Assembly (NCBI RefSeq): GCF_036321535.1
Contig: NC_087437.1
Span: 120,220,001-120,284,000, forward strand
Direction: 5' to 3'
From: Camelus dromedarius
Taxonomy: Eukaryota
DNA length: 64,000 nucleotides
Shown: positions 37,141 through 50,260 of the stretch, piece after piece
Layout of the letters: each line of letters opens with the position of its first letter
Position numbering within the stretch: the stretch's first letter is position 1
Position numbers and translations under genes: made by a program
Notes under the pieces: generated by a model
The model's input: the letters and a program-made list of their open reading frames with translations, nothing else
Database searches by the model: none
Told to the model about the DNA's origin: nothing

Positions 37141-38282
37141 GCTGACTAGCAAAGGTGTCTTTCGTCATAATTTCAAAACAATGTTCCATGTAGAATGACT
37201 GTGGTTTAAACCACCCGAAAAAATGTTAATGAAAGGTTTGAGTCTGCTGGCAGCCTATCTGACCTCATGAAGGCCATGGCTGAATCAAGGTATGTTCCGG
37301 AAACGGCAGCTGCCTCGGTCACCTCAGGATGTGATCCCAGAGTGACTCTCTTCACCCCTGAATTTACTTCCCCCCTCCCCCTTGCCCTCCTCCTCCCTCT
37401 CTCACCAGCTTCCCCTCCCCACTTCTCCCACACATTCACATCCACTCCCTTCTGCAAACAGTCAGCAGTGTCAGGCCCCTCTTGCTCCCTTCCCTGTGGT
37501 TACAGGTGGTCATGCAGGTGAGCCGTGTGACAGCCCCCGCTTTCGTGCCAGCCGCCCAGGCTGTGGACCCCACAGAACCAAGCTTGGGCCCCGTGCCCAG
37601 GAAGCGGCTGCTCTGGTGTGACGCTCTGTCCCACAAAGCAGCTTTCCTCACTGTGTCCTCCACCCTGGTCTCCCCCTGGGCCGAGGGCGGTGAGCTGAGT
37701 CCTGGCGGGTTCTCGTGCCCGAGGCTCAGGAGAGGGGTGTTGGGGATGCCTGCAGGGCCAGTGATCTTCACACAGCAGAGCGGATCCTTAGTCACCGGCA
37801 CGATCCAGCTATGGGTTCCTCACCCCCCTTTTACGGCCAGCACCTCCGCCGCACACTCTGATACCTCCTTCCCTCCTGGGGCTGTGATGCACCCGCAGAA
37901 TGAACCCAGCTGGACCCCTGGGCAGGTGCAGGGTGGGGGCCGGGGACTGGAGGGGAGGCTCAGGGCCGATGCTCAGAGGCCAATCCTGTGGGCGGCCGCA
38001 TACGTGGCTGAAACCCTCTTTTCCTGACTATGAAATATTACATATCCACCCATAGAGAGTTTGAAAATGAAGAAAATTATAAAAAAAAAACAGAAGGAAA
38101 AATCACCAGCCATCCATGCAATGCACAGAGAGACACCATCAACGTTTTTGGAATGTTTCCTCCAAGCCCTGACTGTTTCTATGCATTTTAAAAACAGAGT
38201 TAAATATTTGATGTGGGTGCTCTAACTGTGTTTTCTTAGAGCTTGGATTTGTCTGTTCAGCATCCTTTCACCACAGGGCCAA

Positions 38283-38640
38283 TGGTTCTAACTCGACTTT
38301 CTTATTCTCTGTTTTCCTGAAGCGTCGGTGCTCTTGGGCCCCCTGACTGGGGAGGGACCGCCCCTCCCAGGGCCACTAGCCCCTAGGTTTTCCTTTCATA
38401 TAATTTTCTTCATCTTTTCCTGCAGAAACCCCATCAAAGCTCTGCCCTTGGCCTTCCCCTAGATGCTGCTTCTGCCTCCTGACTTAAACCTGCTGCTTCC
38501 CCCTGGGGCCCTGCATAGCACGTGTGCCCCTTCTCTCGGGAGATGCAGGCAGTAAAAGCATCCTCTCTCAGTGGCCTTGACCTCTCCGTATCACCGGTCG
38601 GCCACACCTGTGTAATCAAATCCCAGGAATGGCTTTCATA
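38283..38640 (+). mobile_element. MER74-like ERVL LTR (internally deleted)
   Basis: ggagggaccgcccctcccagggc; cctgcagaaaccccatcaaagctctgccc; ctgcctcctgac...tgcttcccc. Confidence 0.65.
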
Positions 38641-38790
38641 CTCTTGTGTCCCTTAATATGGAAACAGGAGAATTTTCCAGTGCCCTTCATGCTCTTTTTA
38701 AATGTAATTGGCAGCAAGTGGATAATATCTTCTCCTACGGATACACCAAAATCTCTCCCTCCTTTGCTATATTTGGTTTGCTTCTATTCA

Positions 38791-38930
38791 TTTTTTTTTT
38801 TAAACTGAAGTACAGTCAGTTACAATGTGTCAGTCTGGTGCACAGCACAACATCCCAGTCATGCATGTACATACATATATTCGTTTTCATATTTTTTCCA
38901 TTAAAGGTTGTTACAAGATACTGAACACAG
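38791..38930 (-). mobile_element. Very short (~140 bp) lineage-specific L1 3' tail with TSD
   Basis: Poly-T then aactgaagtacagtcagttacaatgtg; flanked by TGCTTCTATTCA at 38779-38790 and 38931-38942, each followed by a T run. Confidence 0.88.
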
Positions 38931-39349
38931 TGCTTCTATTCATTTTTTAATCGCCCTGAGATGAAGATTTTTGTGCATCAGTATCTCTGCATCTTTGGAG
39001 ACTGTTCCTTGGATTAGACAATCAGAAACAGGAGCCCTGGATCAAGGGGACATTTTCAAGTGGGGTGTCCATGTGGAGTCCTCCGAAGGCGCCTGCTTTT
39101 ATGCGCTAATCGTGGCCAGGGCTACTGATGATCAGTTATACAAAATGTCACCAATCTGACGGGGAAAACGCGGCGCTGTGGTCTGCATTTCTTTGACTAT
39201 TGGGAAGATTAAACTGTCCTCCGTGTATTTTGGGATCACTGATGTTTGCTTTCTTGAGAATTCCCTGGTTCTGTTCTTGGCCTAGTTTTCAAATTGGGAT
39301 CACTGAGAATTTTTTTACTTGGAGAAGTTCTTTGCATATTAAGGGAATT

Positions 39350-39789
39350 CTTATCAGTCAAATTGTGTTTCTCCCTAACTTGTGTGATGAAGCCCAAACC
39401 CCCAGTATCTCAGAATGTGCCCTTATCAAGAAATAGCATCATTGCAGAGGTGATTCAGTTAAGACGGAGTCACACTGGGGCAAGCGGGCCCTACTCCAAC
39501 ACAACCGGAGAGGACAATTGGACTCAGGCACATGCACCGAGAGACACCACACGAAAAGGCAGGCCGATCAGGCGATGTATCTACAAGCCAAGGAACCCCA
39601 ATATTGTCTGCAAACCTGCAGAAGGTGGGGGACAGCCTGGGACGGAGTCTCCCTCATGGCCTTGGGAGAACCAGCCTGCCCACGCTTTGATTTCACACTT
39701 TCGGTCTCCAGCGCCGAAACCACACATTCCTATTGTTTGAGCCTTTCTGTTTGTGGTGCTTACTATGGCAGCCCCAGCAAACGAACACA
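39350..39789 (+). mobile_element. MLT1B/C-like solo LTR
   Basis: ccccagtatctcagaatgtg, ctacaagccaaggaac, tgtttgtggtgcttactatggcagcccc. Confidence 0.82.
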
Positions 39790-41029
39790 AGGATTAAACC
39801 TATGTCTTCAATACTTGCTGACATGGTCTCTGGTTTCCCCATGTAGGGGATGGAAGGCATCTCCGGTCACCCCTCCCCAGGGGCCATGGTGAGGTTCCTC
39901 GGGGCTGGCCCCGCACATCCCCTGTCACAGAGGGTGCTGAGCTGCCCGCTCCCTTTCCTCCTGGACAGGAGCTGCGGGCCATCCTGGAAGGAGCTGAGAT
40001 CACAGGACACAGACAGCCCTCTGCCCGAGCCCCCCTCCACAGACCCCGCTGTATCTGTCACCCCAGCGACGGGAGGAGAACCACCGTCTGGGGGCCCCCA
40101 GCTGCAGGATTTGACAGTCCCACCAGAGAGGGAGCTCAGATAAGAGCTGCATATGTCCAGCTGTAGCAAAGAGTCAAAGACTGAACTGCCTTTCCTCAGC
40201 GGGGGGCAGAGTCACTGCATACTGACTAAGGGCCCCCCAACAGCACTTCGGAGTGTGTGCCACGACGCAAAACACGTGTGAGTGTGCCGTTTGTTCAAAG
40301 AGTTAATTTAGAGCAAAATGATTATTTTGGAAAAGATCCTGGTGTCCGAGGCAAACCATGGTGGGCAGGCAGCCCCTGGGAGGACACACTGTTCCAGGTG
40401 ACATGGAGTGTCAGGACCACCCCTCGGCCCGCAGCAGACCTTGCAAACCAGAGGAGCGGGGCCTCAAGCAGCCCCAGCCCAGGCACATGGCCTTGAGGGC
40501 TCTGGTGAGGGAGGCTCTGCCCACACCCAGGCCCCGCGAGGGCTGTCTGGGGGCTGGCGAGCGCACCTGCTGACCTGGCCGTAATGCACAGGTGCTGCCC
40601 CGGGCAGATGTGCCTACGACAGGCCCGGGCCCGCCCCTGGGACCCACTTCAAAGCCACACGCTGGCACCGAGGGACGCTGCGGGACGCTGTGATCGGAGC
40701 CGTCTGGCTGCTACTCCTGCGTGTGTACACCATGCCACCCCCAGCCCACCAGCAGAGCCCGGCGGGCTGCCCCTCAGGGAAGCGTGAAGGAAGCACTCCT
40801 GTCCCGGCCCCAGGGGGACAGGCCACGCAGCAGCCAGGAGGCCGGTCTGCCCTCGCCTCCCATCGCCAGCAGGAGGTGGCCAGCAGGGAGGATGGAGCTG
40901 CTGGGGCTCGAGCAGATGTGGGCAACAGAGGAGCTGGAGGGCAGGCTGGCTTCTGTGCCCTGCCGAGGTCCACGATCGCTGACTGACCCCCGCGCCTTTA
41001 AAAAATCCAACTTTCAGTATTTCTGTTTC

Positions 41030-41261
41030 AGTTTGAGATTTGCAAAGGTTAACCACTATATAGAAAAACAGATTAAAAAGCAGATTTCTTCTGTGTAGCA
41101 CAGGGAACTATATTCAATATTTTGTAATAACCTTTAGTGAAAAAATATGAAAATGAATATATGTTTATATATGTATGACTGGGACATTGTGCTATATGCC
41201 AGAAACTGACACACTGTAACTGACTATACTTCAATAAAATAAAGTAAAATAAAATAAAAAA
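41030..41261 (+). mobile_element. Short cetartiodactyl-type L1 3' tail
   Basis: ctgtgtagcacagggaactatattcaata...ctgtaactgactatacttcaataaaataaa; imperfect TSD tatttctgtttc (41018-41029) and tatttttatttc (41262-41273). Confidence 0.85.
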
Positions 41262-43990
41262 TATTTTTATTTCGAACACCAGTGCATCTTGACAGCAGAT
41301 TATGTGCTGGAATCTGATTTTAATGTTTCTTTGTTGAGACCTTGGGATGGCAGGGCTTGAAAGTGCCTCCAGAAACCTCTCTCTCTAGGTCCTGACTTGC
41401 TTGTTCTCTGCTCAGAGGCCTCTCCTCTCCCTCCCATCAGCTCCATGCTGCACTGTGAACAGAAGGCCCTTCTTCCCTGGTCCTCCCTGACGCTCAGAGG
41501 CATGGTGTCCTCCACCACGGACAGACAGATCCCACAGTGGAGTCTGGGTGCAGGGGGCCCGACCTCCTGCACCGAATCTCCCTGGTCCTTGGGCATACCC
41601 TTCGACGGGCCAGCCAGGGTTGATGCCACTTTTGGAATTTGCCAATGCCTTGGAGCCTGGAACTGTCTGGCTATAGCTCAGCAGTGCTTGCCTCTAAGAA
41701 GCCAAACTCGGACTCTGCACCTTAAACACAGTGAACGAGCAGAGCAAATCTTGAATACGAAGATCCATCTTCCAGCAGGTTCGCCAGCTACCTGTGCCTC
41801 TCCCAGCCCAAAGCGGCAGACACTGGGGGTCCTCTCACAAGTTGGGGTCTATATCTCAAATAAATGAGCTGCAACACTAACCAGGCACTATTAATTAAGC
41901 ACACACACAGTTTATTGATTTTAAAAATAACCCACTTAAAAAGAAATTAGGTGATGCCACTAAGAGGGCAGACTAGGAGGTCCCAATGCTCATTTCCCCA
42001 CAGAAACAACAAAAACAATGGATAAACAACTATGTACAGATGAAAATAGCTCTGGGAGAGCGCCACAGCGCAATAAAGAAGCTGCCAAAACGCAGACGTG
42101 CACAAAAACAGGACGGCTGTGTAGACAATCACAGCAGGCAATTCACCTACATCACCCCGTCCCCAAGCCCAGCACACCTCTGTTCCAAGGGGGCCCCTTG
42201 GCACGACCCCCTTCTGTGAGGGAAGGACAGCAGGAGATCCTGGAAGCCCTTATCACCACTGCTGACACCTGCAGCTTTCACTGCCAAGGGCCCCCTCCCC
42301 AGCCTCAGGCCTTCACCGTGGGGCGCCAGCTAGCAGAAGTGCCTGGGGTCTACACTGCTGCCACCCACCCCAACGCAACCCCACAGCGCTGCCGCACCAC
42401 CACCAAAAAAGGAGCCACCACGTCCTGCTGCCCCAGGGCTGAGCCTCCACGTCCCCTGCGACTGCGCACCCTGACACCCACACCACAGCTGCTGCCCCCA
42501 CCTGCGCCTCAGACTTGGGCGCCACTGCTGCTGTGTGTGCCCACCTGCCGGGCCCGGCGCAGGGAGAGCGCCCCTTGGCCGCCGCTTCCCCACAGGAGGA
42601 CAGGGGGCAGGAGGATCCAGCAGCCTTCACCACCGTGGACCCCTGTAGCCCTGGTGGACACTGGCCTCAGCAGCTGCAGAGCCACAGAGCCTCCACTGCT
42701 GTGCCCTCCAGGAAGCTGGCATCAGCACAGCGCACACAGCTGGCGCCCTCACACCGGCCTGTGGGTGAAGGTCCCTCCCCACCAAAGCTGGTCTGTGAGG
42801 TCTGGAGGAGGCGGCTTCTCCCTCAAACGCACAGACATCGACACAAGCCGACAAGAAACACGAGCAATCAAGGAAGCCTGACGCTGCCAAGGGGCGCGGT
42901 CAGTTCTAGTGACCGTGCCCCAAGCAGCGGAGGCCCACAAAGGGTCTGACAAAGACTTTACAGTAATTGCTTTAAGAAATCTCAGGAAGTTACCAAAGAA
43001 CACAGTGAGACAACTTGATGTTATCAGAATGATACATGAACAAACGAGACTTTCAACAAAGAGATAGAAATCATGAAAAAGTACCAAAGGGAAGTCCTGG
43101 ACTTCAAGGACACAACACCTGGAATGAAACAGGCAGTAAAGACCTTCAACAGCAGACTCAGCCAGGCTGCAGAAGGGTGCCACAAACTCGGAGACACATC
43201 TTTTGAAATTATCCAGCCAGGAAAAAAAAAGAGAAAAGAATAGAAAAGATCAAAAAGGCCTGCAGGATTGAAGGGACACAAAAGAGAACTAACACACGCA
43301 CATGGAAGTCCCAGAAGGAGGAGAGAGAAAGAAAGGGGCAAAAAGCATGTTCAAAGAAATAATGGCTGGAAGCTTCCCCGGTGGTGGGAGGGGAGTGGAC
43401 ATCCAGATTTACGATGTTCAAATGTCCCCATCAGGACCAACTAAAGGAGACCACTCCAAGACACATTATAAGCAAATGATCAGAAGTCAAGATTAAAGGG
43501 AGAATTTTGAAAACAGCAAGATAAAACCGCACATCACGTGCATGAGAATCCTTGTATACAACCAGCAGTGGATTTCTCAGCAGAAACTTTGCAGACCGGG
43601 AGAGACTGGAAGGGTCCACTCAAAGCACCGAAAGGAAAACTGTTAACCAAGAACATAATGCCGGGAAAATGATCCTCTAAAAAAGAAGGAGACAGATAAT
43701 TTTTCCCAGACCAACAAAAACTGAAATAGTATATCACTACTAGACCTGCGTTATAAGAAATGCTTAAGGGAGTTCTTCAAGTTGAAATGAAAACACACTA
43801 AACAGCAATGTGAAGCCACAGGGAAGCATAAATCTCACAGCTTTGTAAAGGTAAATATATATACATCAATGTAACACTGTAAAGGTGGTGCATTAATTAC
43901 TTTTACCCTAATATAAAAGTCAAAACATAAAAATTGGTTAATGGATACAGAATATAAAAAGAAGCAAACTCAGCCTATAAGAAACAAGGG

Positions 43991-43993
<3 letters not shown>

Positions 43994-44035
<42 letters not shown>
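43994..44035 (+). repeat. (TG)21 microsatellite in the L1 inter-ORF region
   Basis: Perfect TG dinucleotide run. Confidence 0.95.
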
Positions 44036-44037
<2 letters not shown>

Positions 44038-47000
44038 GGGAGAGCAAAAAGATAGCTTTTGTTTGTGTATGCAATTGAAGTTAAGTTGTTACCCACTTAA
44101 AACAGAGGGCTATAACTAGGAGATATTTATGCAGGCCTCAAGCCAACCCCAAAGAAAAAATCCTACAATGGATACACAAAAGATAAAGAGAAAAAAAAAC
44201 AGAGCAAATCACTACAAAAACATCATATAACAAAGGAGGCTAGCAAGAGAGGAAGAGAGCGACAGAACAACTGCAAGATGAACAGAAAACAATGAGCAAA
44301 GTGGCAACTGTAAGTCTTCATCAATCAATAATTACCCTCAATATAAACAGATTAAACTCACCAGTAAAAAGGCATATAGTGGCTGAATGGATTAAAATAA
44401 AAAACAAGATCCAGCAATATGCCGTCTACAAAAGACTCACTTTGAAATTAAAGACACACATAGCCTAAAGTGAAGGGATGGGAAAAAAATATTTTATGCA
44501 AATGGTAACCAAAAGAGAGCAGGGGTGACTACACTTGCCTCAGACAAAATAAACTTTAAGCCTAAAATACTCTCTAGAGACAAAGATTAGTATACAACAA
44601 GAAAAGAGTAAATTCAAGAGAAAGATGTAACACTTAAAAACATATGCACCCAATATCAGAGCAGCTAAATCTATAAGGCAAAGATTGACAGATCCAAAGG
44701 CAGAAACAGGCAGCAATACAATAACAGTAGGGGACATCAACATCACACTTACAATGATGGATGGGAAATCCAGGCAGAAAATCAATAAAGAAACAGCTGA
44801 CTTGAACAACATCATGGACCAAATGGACCTGACACATACAGAATTTTCCACTCAATAGCAGAAGACTACATACTCTCAAGTGCACATAGAACCTTCTTCA
44901 GGATAGATCATACTTTAGGTCACAAAACACTCCTTAACAAATTTAAGAAGATCACCATCATTCCCAGTATCTTTTCTGACCACAGTTTCATTCAAACTGT
45001 AAATCAGTAACAGCAAGAAATGGGAAAAATTCACTAATATGTGGAAACTAAACAACACACTCTTGACCAGCCATTGGGTCAAAGGAAAAATCAAAAGGAA
45101 ATTCTAGAAGTGTCTTAAGACAAACAAAAGTGAAAACAAAACATACTAAAATATATGGGATACAGCAAAAGCAGTGATAAGAGGGAAGTTTATAGAGATA
45201 AACACATAAATTAAAAAAGAAGAAAGATCTCAAATAACAACCTAAATTTACACCTCAACAAACTAGAAAACAAAGACCAAACAAACCCAATGTTAATGGA
45301 AGGAAAGAAATAACAAATATAAGAGAAAAAATAAATCAAATAGAGGACAAAAATAGAAATAAAATCAACAAAACTAGAAGCTGGATTTTTTAAAGAATAA
45401 ACAAAAATGACAAATTCTTAGCTAAGACTAAGAAAAGGAGAGAGAGGGCTCAAATAAGTAAAATCTGAAGTGGAAGAGGAAACATTACAATAGATGCCTC
45501 AGAAATAAAAGAGATCATAAAAGACTATTATGCATAATTATACACCAGCAACTGAATAACCTAGAACAAATGGATATAGTCCTAGAAACATACACCCTAC
45601 AAAAGCTGAGTCAGGAAGAAATGGAAAGCCTGAACAGACTGACAAAAAACAAAGAGACTGAATTAGTGATCAAAATCTCCCGACAAAGAACAGCCAAGGA
45701 CCTGATGGCTTCACAGGTGAATTCTACCAAAAATTCAGAAAGAGTTAATACCAATATTCTTAAACTGTTCTTAAAAAATAGAAGAGAGAAGACCTTCAAA
45801 CTCATTTTATTAGGCTAGAATCACCCTGATACCAAAACCAGGCAAAGCACTATAAGAAAATTACAGGCTAGTATACATGATGAACATGGATGCTAAAACT
45901 CTTAACAAAATACTAGCAAACGAAATTCAGCAGTATATTAAAAGGATCAGACACTGTGATCAGTGTGTCTTGGGATTTATCCCACGTATGCAAGGATGGT
46001 TCAACATATACAAATCAAAGTGATACTACTTGGTAACAAAATGAAAGAAAAAAGCCACACAATCACCCCAATAGACTCAGAAAAAGCACTTGACAAAGTT
46101 CAACATTCATTCATGACTAAAACACTCAATAATATAGGTACAGATGATCTCACCTCTGCACAATGAGGGCCCTATAGGAAAGCCCGCAACCAGCATCATA
46201 ATCAAGGAGGAAAAACCTAACGCTTTTCCTCTGAGATCTGGTACAGCGCACAGATGCCCGCTCTTGCCGCCTTGTTTCAACATACAACTAGAAGTCTTAG
46301 CTAGAGCGATTAGACGAGAAAAAGATGTAAAAGACATATCAGAAGGGAAGAAGCAAAATTATCTCTATTTGCAAATGACGAGGTCATGTATGTGGGAAAC
46401 CCCAAAGACTCGACGAAGAAAAACCATTAGAACTAATAAGCAAATTCCATAAAGTTGCAGGATACAAACTCAACATACAAAAACCAGTTGCATTTTTATA
46501 CACGATGAATAATCCAGAAAGGAGATTAAGGAAACAATCCCATTCACAAAAGCAGCAAAAAGAGTGACATGCTTGGGACTAAGCTTAACCAAAAAGGGGA
46601 AAGACTTGTACATTGAAAATTACAAAATGCTGATGAAGGACATTTAAGAAGACATGGCTAAATGGAAAGACATCTTATGTTCATGGATTAGAAGGATTAA
46701 TTAAAATTGGTAAAATATTTGTACTACCTAAAGTGATCTACAAATTCAATGCAATAGCTGTCAAAATCCCCATCGTATTCTTTACAGAAATGGAAAAAAA
46801 AAATCCTAAAATTCAAATGGAGCCACCAAAGACCCTGCGTAGCCAAAGCAATCTTAAGTAAGAACACAGCTGGAAGCACTACAAATTTCTGATTTCAAAA
46901 TGTATTACAAAGCGACAGTCATCAAAACAATATGGTACTGGCATAAAAAGAGACGATATAGACCAACAGAACAGAATAGAGAGCCCAGAAGTGAATCCAT

Positions 47001-48225
47001 GCACATATGATCAAGTGATTGTCAAAAAGAGAGCCAAGAACACCAAATGGGGAAATGACAGTCTCTTCAGTAAAAGGTGTTGGGAAAACTGGATGGCCCC
47101 ACGCAGAAGAATAAAATTGGACCCTTATCTCACATCATATACGAAAACCAACTCAAAATGGATTAAAGACTTAAATGTAGGACTTGAAACTATAAAACCA
47201 CTAGAAGGAAACATAGGGGAAAAGCTCCTTGACATTGGTCTGAGCGATGATTTTTTTTAATATGACACCAAAACCTTAGGCAGCAAAAACACAAATAGAA
47301 AAATGGGGTTACATCAAACTGAAAGGCTTCTACACAGCAAAGGAGACCATCAACAGAGTGAAAAGTCAACCTAAGGAAGGAGAAAGAGTATTTGCAGACT
47401 ATACATCCGGTAAGGGATTCATATCCCAAATGTACGTGGAACCCATACAACACAGCAGCAAAAACCCACCTGATTTTAAAATGAACAGAGGACCTGAGCA
47501 GGCATTTCTCCAAAGAAGACAGACAGATGGCCAACAGATACATGGCAAGGTGCTCAAAGTCACTAATCATCAGGGGAAAGCAAACCCAAACCACAATGAG
47601 ATATCACGTCACTCGTTAGAACCGCTATTGTCAGTGAGACAAAACACAACACAGGTTGGTGAAGACTTGGGGAAAAAAGACCTCCTTTACACAGCTGGTG
47701 GGAAATTGTTACAGTATTATGGAAAATGGCATGGAGTTAACTCAAAAAATTAAAAAGAGAACTATTTTATCATCTAGCAATCCCACTTTAAGGTATATAT
47801 TGAAAGGAAGTGAAATCAGATCTCAAGAGATATCTTTAGGCCCACGTTCACTGCAGCATTATTCATAATAGCCAAAATACAGACACAACCTACATGTCCA
47901 CTGAAGGAGGAATGGGTAAAGAAACTGTGAGATAAATATAGATATATATATGAATATTGTATGGTATTAGATTTCCTTCTTTAAAAAAAGAGAAATACTA
48001 TGTGATCTCACTTATACGTGAGATCTAACATAGCAGAGCTAATAAAAGGAGAGAGTAGAATGGAGGTGGCCAGGGGCTGGGGGAGGGGAGGACAGAGAGG
48101 TTGGTGCGAAGTTTCAGTTACAAAAGATGCATAGGTCCTGGTGCACAGCAACGTGCCTGTGACATATGTTAGTACGTGCCTGAAATTTACTAGGAGGTGG
48201 ATCTCAAATGTTCACGCCACATGCA

Positions 48226-48290
48226 AGGAAGGAAGAAGGAAGAGGAAAGGGTGATGAAAGGAAGGAAGGAGGGAAGGAAGGAAGGGAAAG

Positions 48291-48372
<82 letters not shown>

Positions 48373-48452
48373 GAAGGAAGGAAGGAAGGAAGGAAGGAAG
48401 GAAGGAAGGAAGGAAGGAAGGAAGAAAGGAAGAAAGAAAGGGAGAGAGAAAA
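48226..48452 (+). repeat. Compound polypurine STR: (GAAA)20 at 48292-48371 plus (GGAA)13 at 48372-48423
   Basis: Read directly; lies within the L1 3' UTR. Confidence 0.95.
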
Positions 48453-49547
48453 CAAGCCAGCCTATCTGAGGTGGTGGGTGTGTTGACTAGCTTGATCAGA
48501 GTCCATCCTTCATGATGTATAGGTACATTAAATTATTAACTTGTACTCTGTAAATATATGTAGCTTCTAATTGTCAAATATTCCTTCATTTAAAAAAGAA
48601 ACCAGCAGTGGCTTGGCCTTGTACCCAAAGCGGGATCCCTGGTGAACCCCTGCTGCCTCTGAGAAGGAAGCCTCCTCCCACCCACACGAAGAAGCGGGTC
48701 GTAAACCTGCCAGCTCCTGAGTCCGCCAACCAGCGCACTCGGGGGTGCGGCGGGGCTCGCGCCGTGCCCACAGGAGGACGGGGCGTCACTGCGGCTCTCT
48801 GACGCTGGGTACGTTGTTTCCCTCCTGCCCATCCCGCCGCTGGAGCAATGGCCCCACATCAGCGAGGGAGATGCGCGCTGTCTCCTCTCCGGATCTGAGC
48901 GGTCTCCTTTCTAGCTTAGCCTCAGTACTGAGCACTGACGTCTTCCATCCCAGGCACCGAGGTTTTCCAAAAACAGACGCGTCTGTCTTCATGGCCTCCG
49001 GTGGCAAGCGTTCACGCTCTGCTTCACAGATGGAAAAAGCAGAGAGGTTAATTAAATCTTTTGTTGTCCCACATGGAGTTGGCTTTGGGGCCGGGAGCAA
49101 CCACGAGACCGTCTCCCGCCAACCTTGGCTGAGCCCGGAAACAGCTGAATGTTCCTGCCCTCACGGGCAGCTCCCAAACCAGCCCAAGGGAGAAGCCAGG
49201 GTCAAATCTGCAGTGATTTGTTTCCATTCTTGTAATTTATAATTACTTTGTTCCTCTGAGTTTCCAGGAATAAAAATTTGTGCCTATCAAACAAACCAAG
49301 GAGCAAATTATATTTACATTGTTATGTGAGAAAATCTTATACTAAAGGACACACTGGGTCAGTTTCTGTCCCACATTTTAAAATACTCGGCCCTGGGGCT
49401 CACGTCCCTGCTTCTCAGCTTGCAGCCTGTCCTGTTCCCCAGGAGTGCCAGCAGCTTGTAGCCAAGGTCCCCAAGAGACCACCTCTGAGCCGAGCTCACA
49501 CCAAGAGACAGCCCCTCCCTTCTCTGAGAAGCGGGAAGCTGGGTGGG

Positions 49548-50260
49548 TCCTGCCTCAGGGTGGCTTCCCCAGAAGCAAAGCCAGAGGCAGAGGTTTTTGG
49601 AAAGTGATTTACTGGGGGAACTGACCCCGAACATTATGGGGTGAATTATATTCCCCCAAATTCATATGTTGAAGTCCCAAGTCCCAGTCCCTCAGAATGT
49701 GACCCTATCTGGAGACAGGGTCTTGCAGAGATGACTCAGTTAAAATGAAACCATTAGGGTGGGTCCTAATCCAATCTGATTGGTGTTCCCCGCAGGAAGA
49801 GTCACGGGAGCGCAGAGAAAAGACCCCTTGAGCACACGGCAGCAGGCAGCTGCCTGCAAGCCAGGGAGAGGCCTCAGCGCGCCCCCCGGCCCACACCGGG
49901 GTCTCGGGCGCCCCACCTCTAGACTGTGAGACGTGTGTCTTGTTCAAGATGCCCCTTCAGCGCCGTTCTGTTGTGGCAGCCCCAGCCAGCTACTACACGG
50001 GGGAGGCTGGAGATGGGACCGGGGAGACATCCAAGCCAGGACGTCGGGGGAGGCAGCTTCAGCCTGCTCCAGCGGGGGCTCTGGATGTGAGCTGCACCCC
50101 AGGGGGGACCCCCTTCCAGATTCACAGCAGCTGTGAGCCCCTACAGCACCCAGTTGGAGAGGGGCCGCCACCTGGCAAAGGAGATGAGGCGAGGCACCTG
50201 CAGCACCCACGGCCCCCCCAGGGCAGCTCAGCTGGGCCCTCGTGGAGACGACGATCCCCG
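49548..50260 (-). mobile_element. LTR16-like ERVL LTR, split by an MLT1 insertion
   Basis: cttccccagaagcaaagccagaggcagagg...aagtgatttactggggg at the left end; the right part is heavily diverged. Confidence 0.45.
49634..49996 (+). mobile_element. MLT1A/B-like solo LTR
   Basis: tgaattatattcccccaaattcatatgttgaagtcc...cattagggtgggtcctaatccaatctgattggtgt...gttgtggcagccc. Confidence 0.88.

Larger units (their letters stand above)
38020..39350 (-). mobile_element. Ancient L1ME-like relic, interrupted by younger elements
   Basis: AT-rich antisense L1-like text such as gaaaatgaagaaaattat...catcaacgtttttggaatgtttcc and tgcatttctttgactattgggaagattaaac. Confidence 0.55.
41951..48592 (+). mobile_element. 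Near-full-length ancient LINE-1 (L1MA/L1MB-age): 5' UTR, ORF1, ORF2, 3' UTR, all decayed
   Basis: GC-rich 5' UTR ~41951-42850; ORF1 remnant (EVPEGGERKKGAKSMFKEIMAG); endonuclease from ~44301; RT remnant (NAFPLRSGTAHRCPLLP); 3' UTR; degraded TSD aaaaagaaattag (41938-41950) and aaaaagaaaccag (48593-48605). Confidence 0.93.

Noticed and set aside
48197..48486. KERK/EGRK-rich and FLS-rich ORFs
   Set aside because: Translation of the GAAA/GGAA microsatellite.
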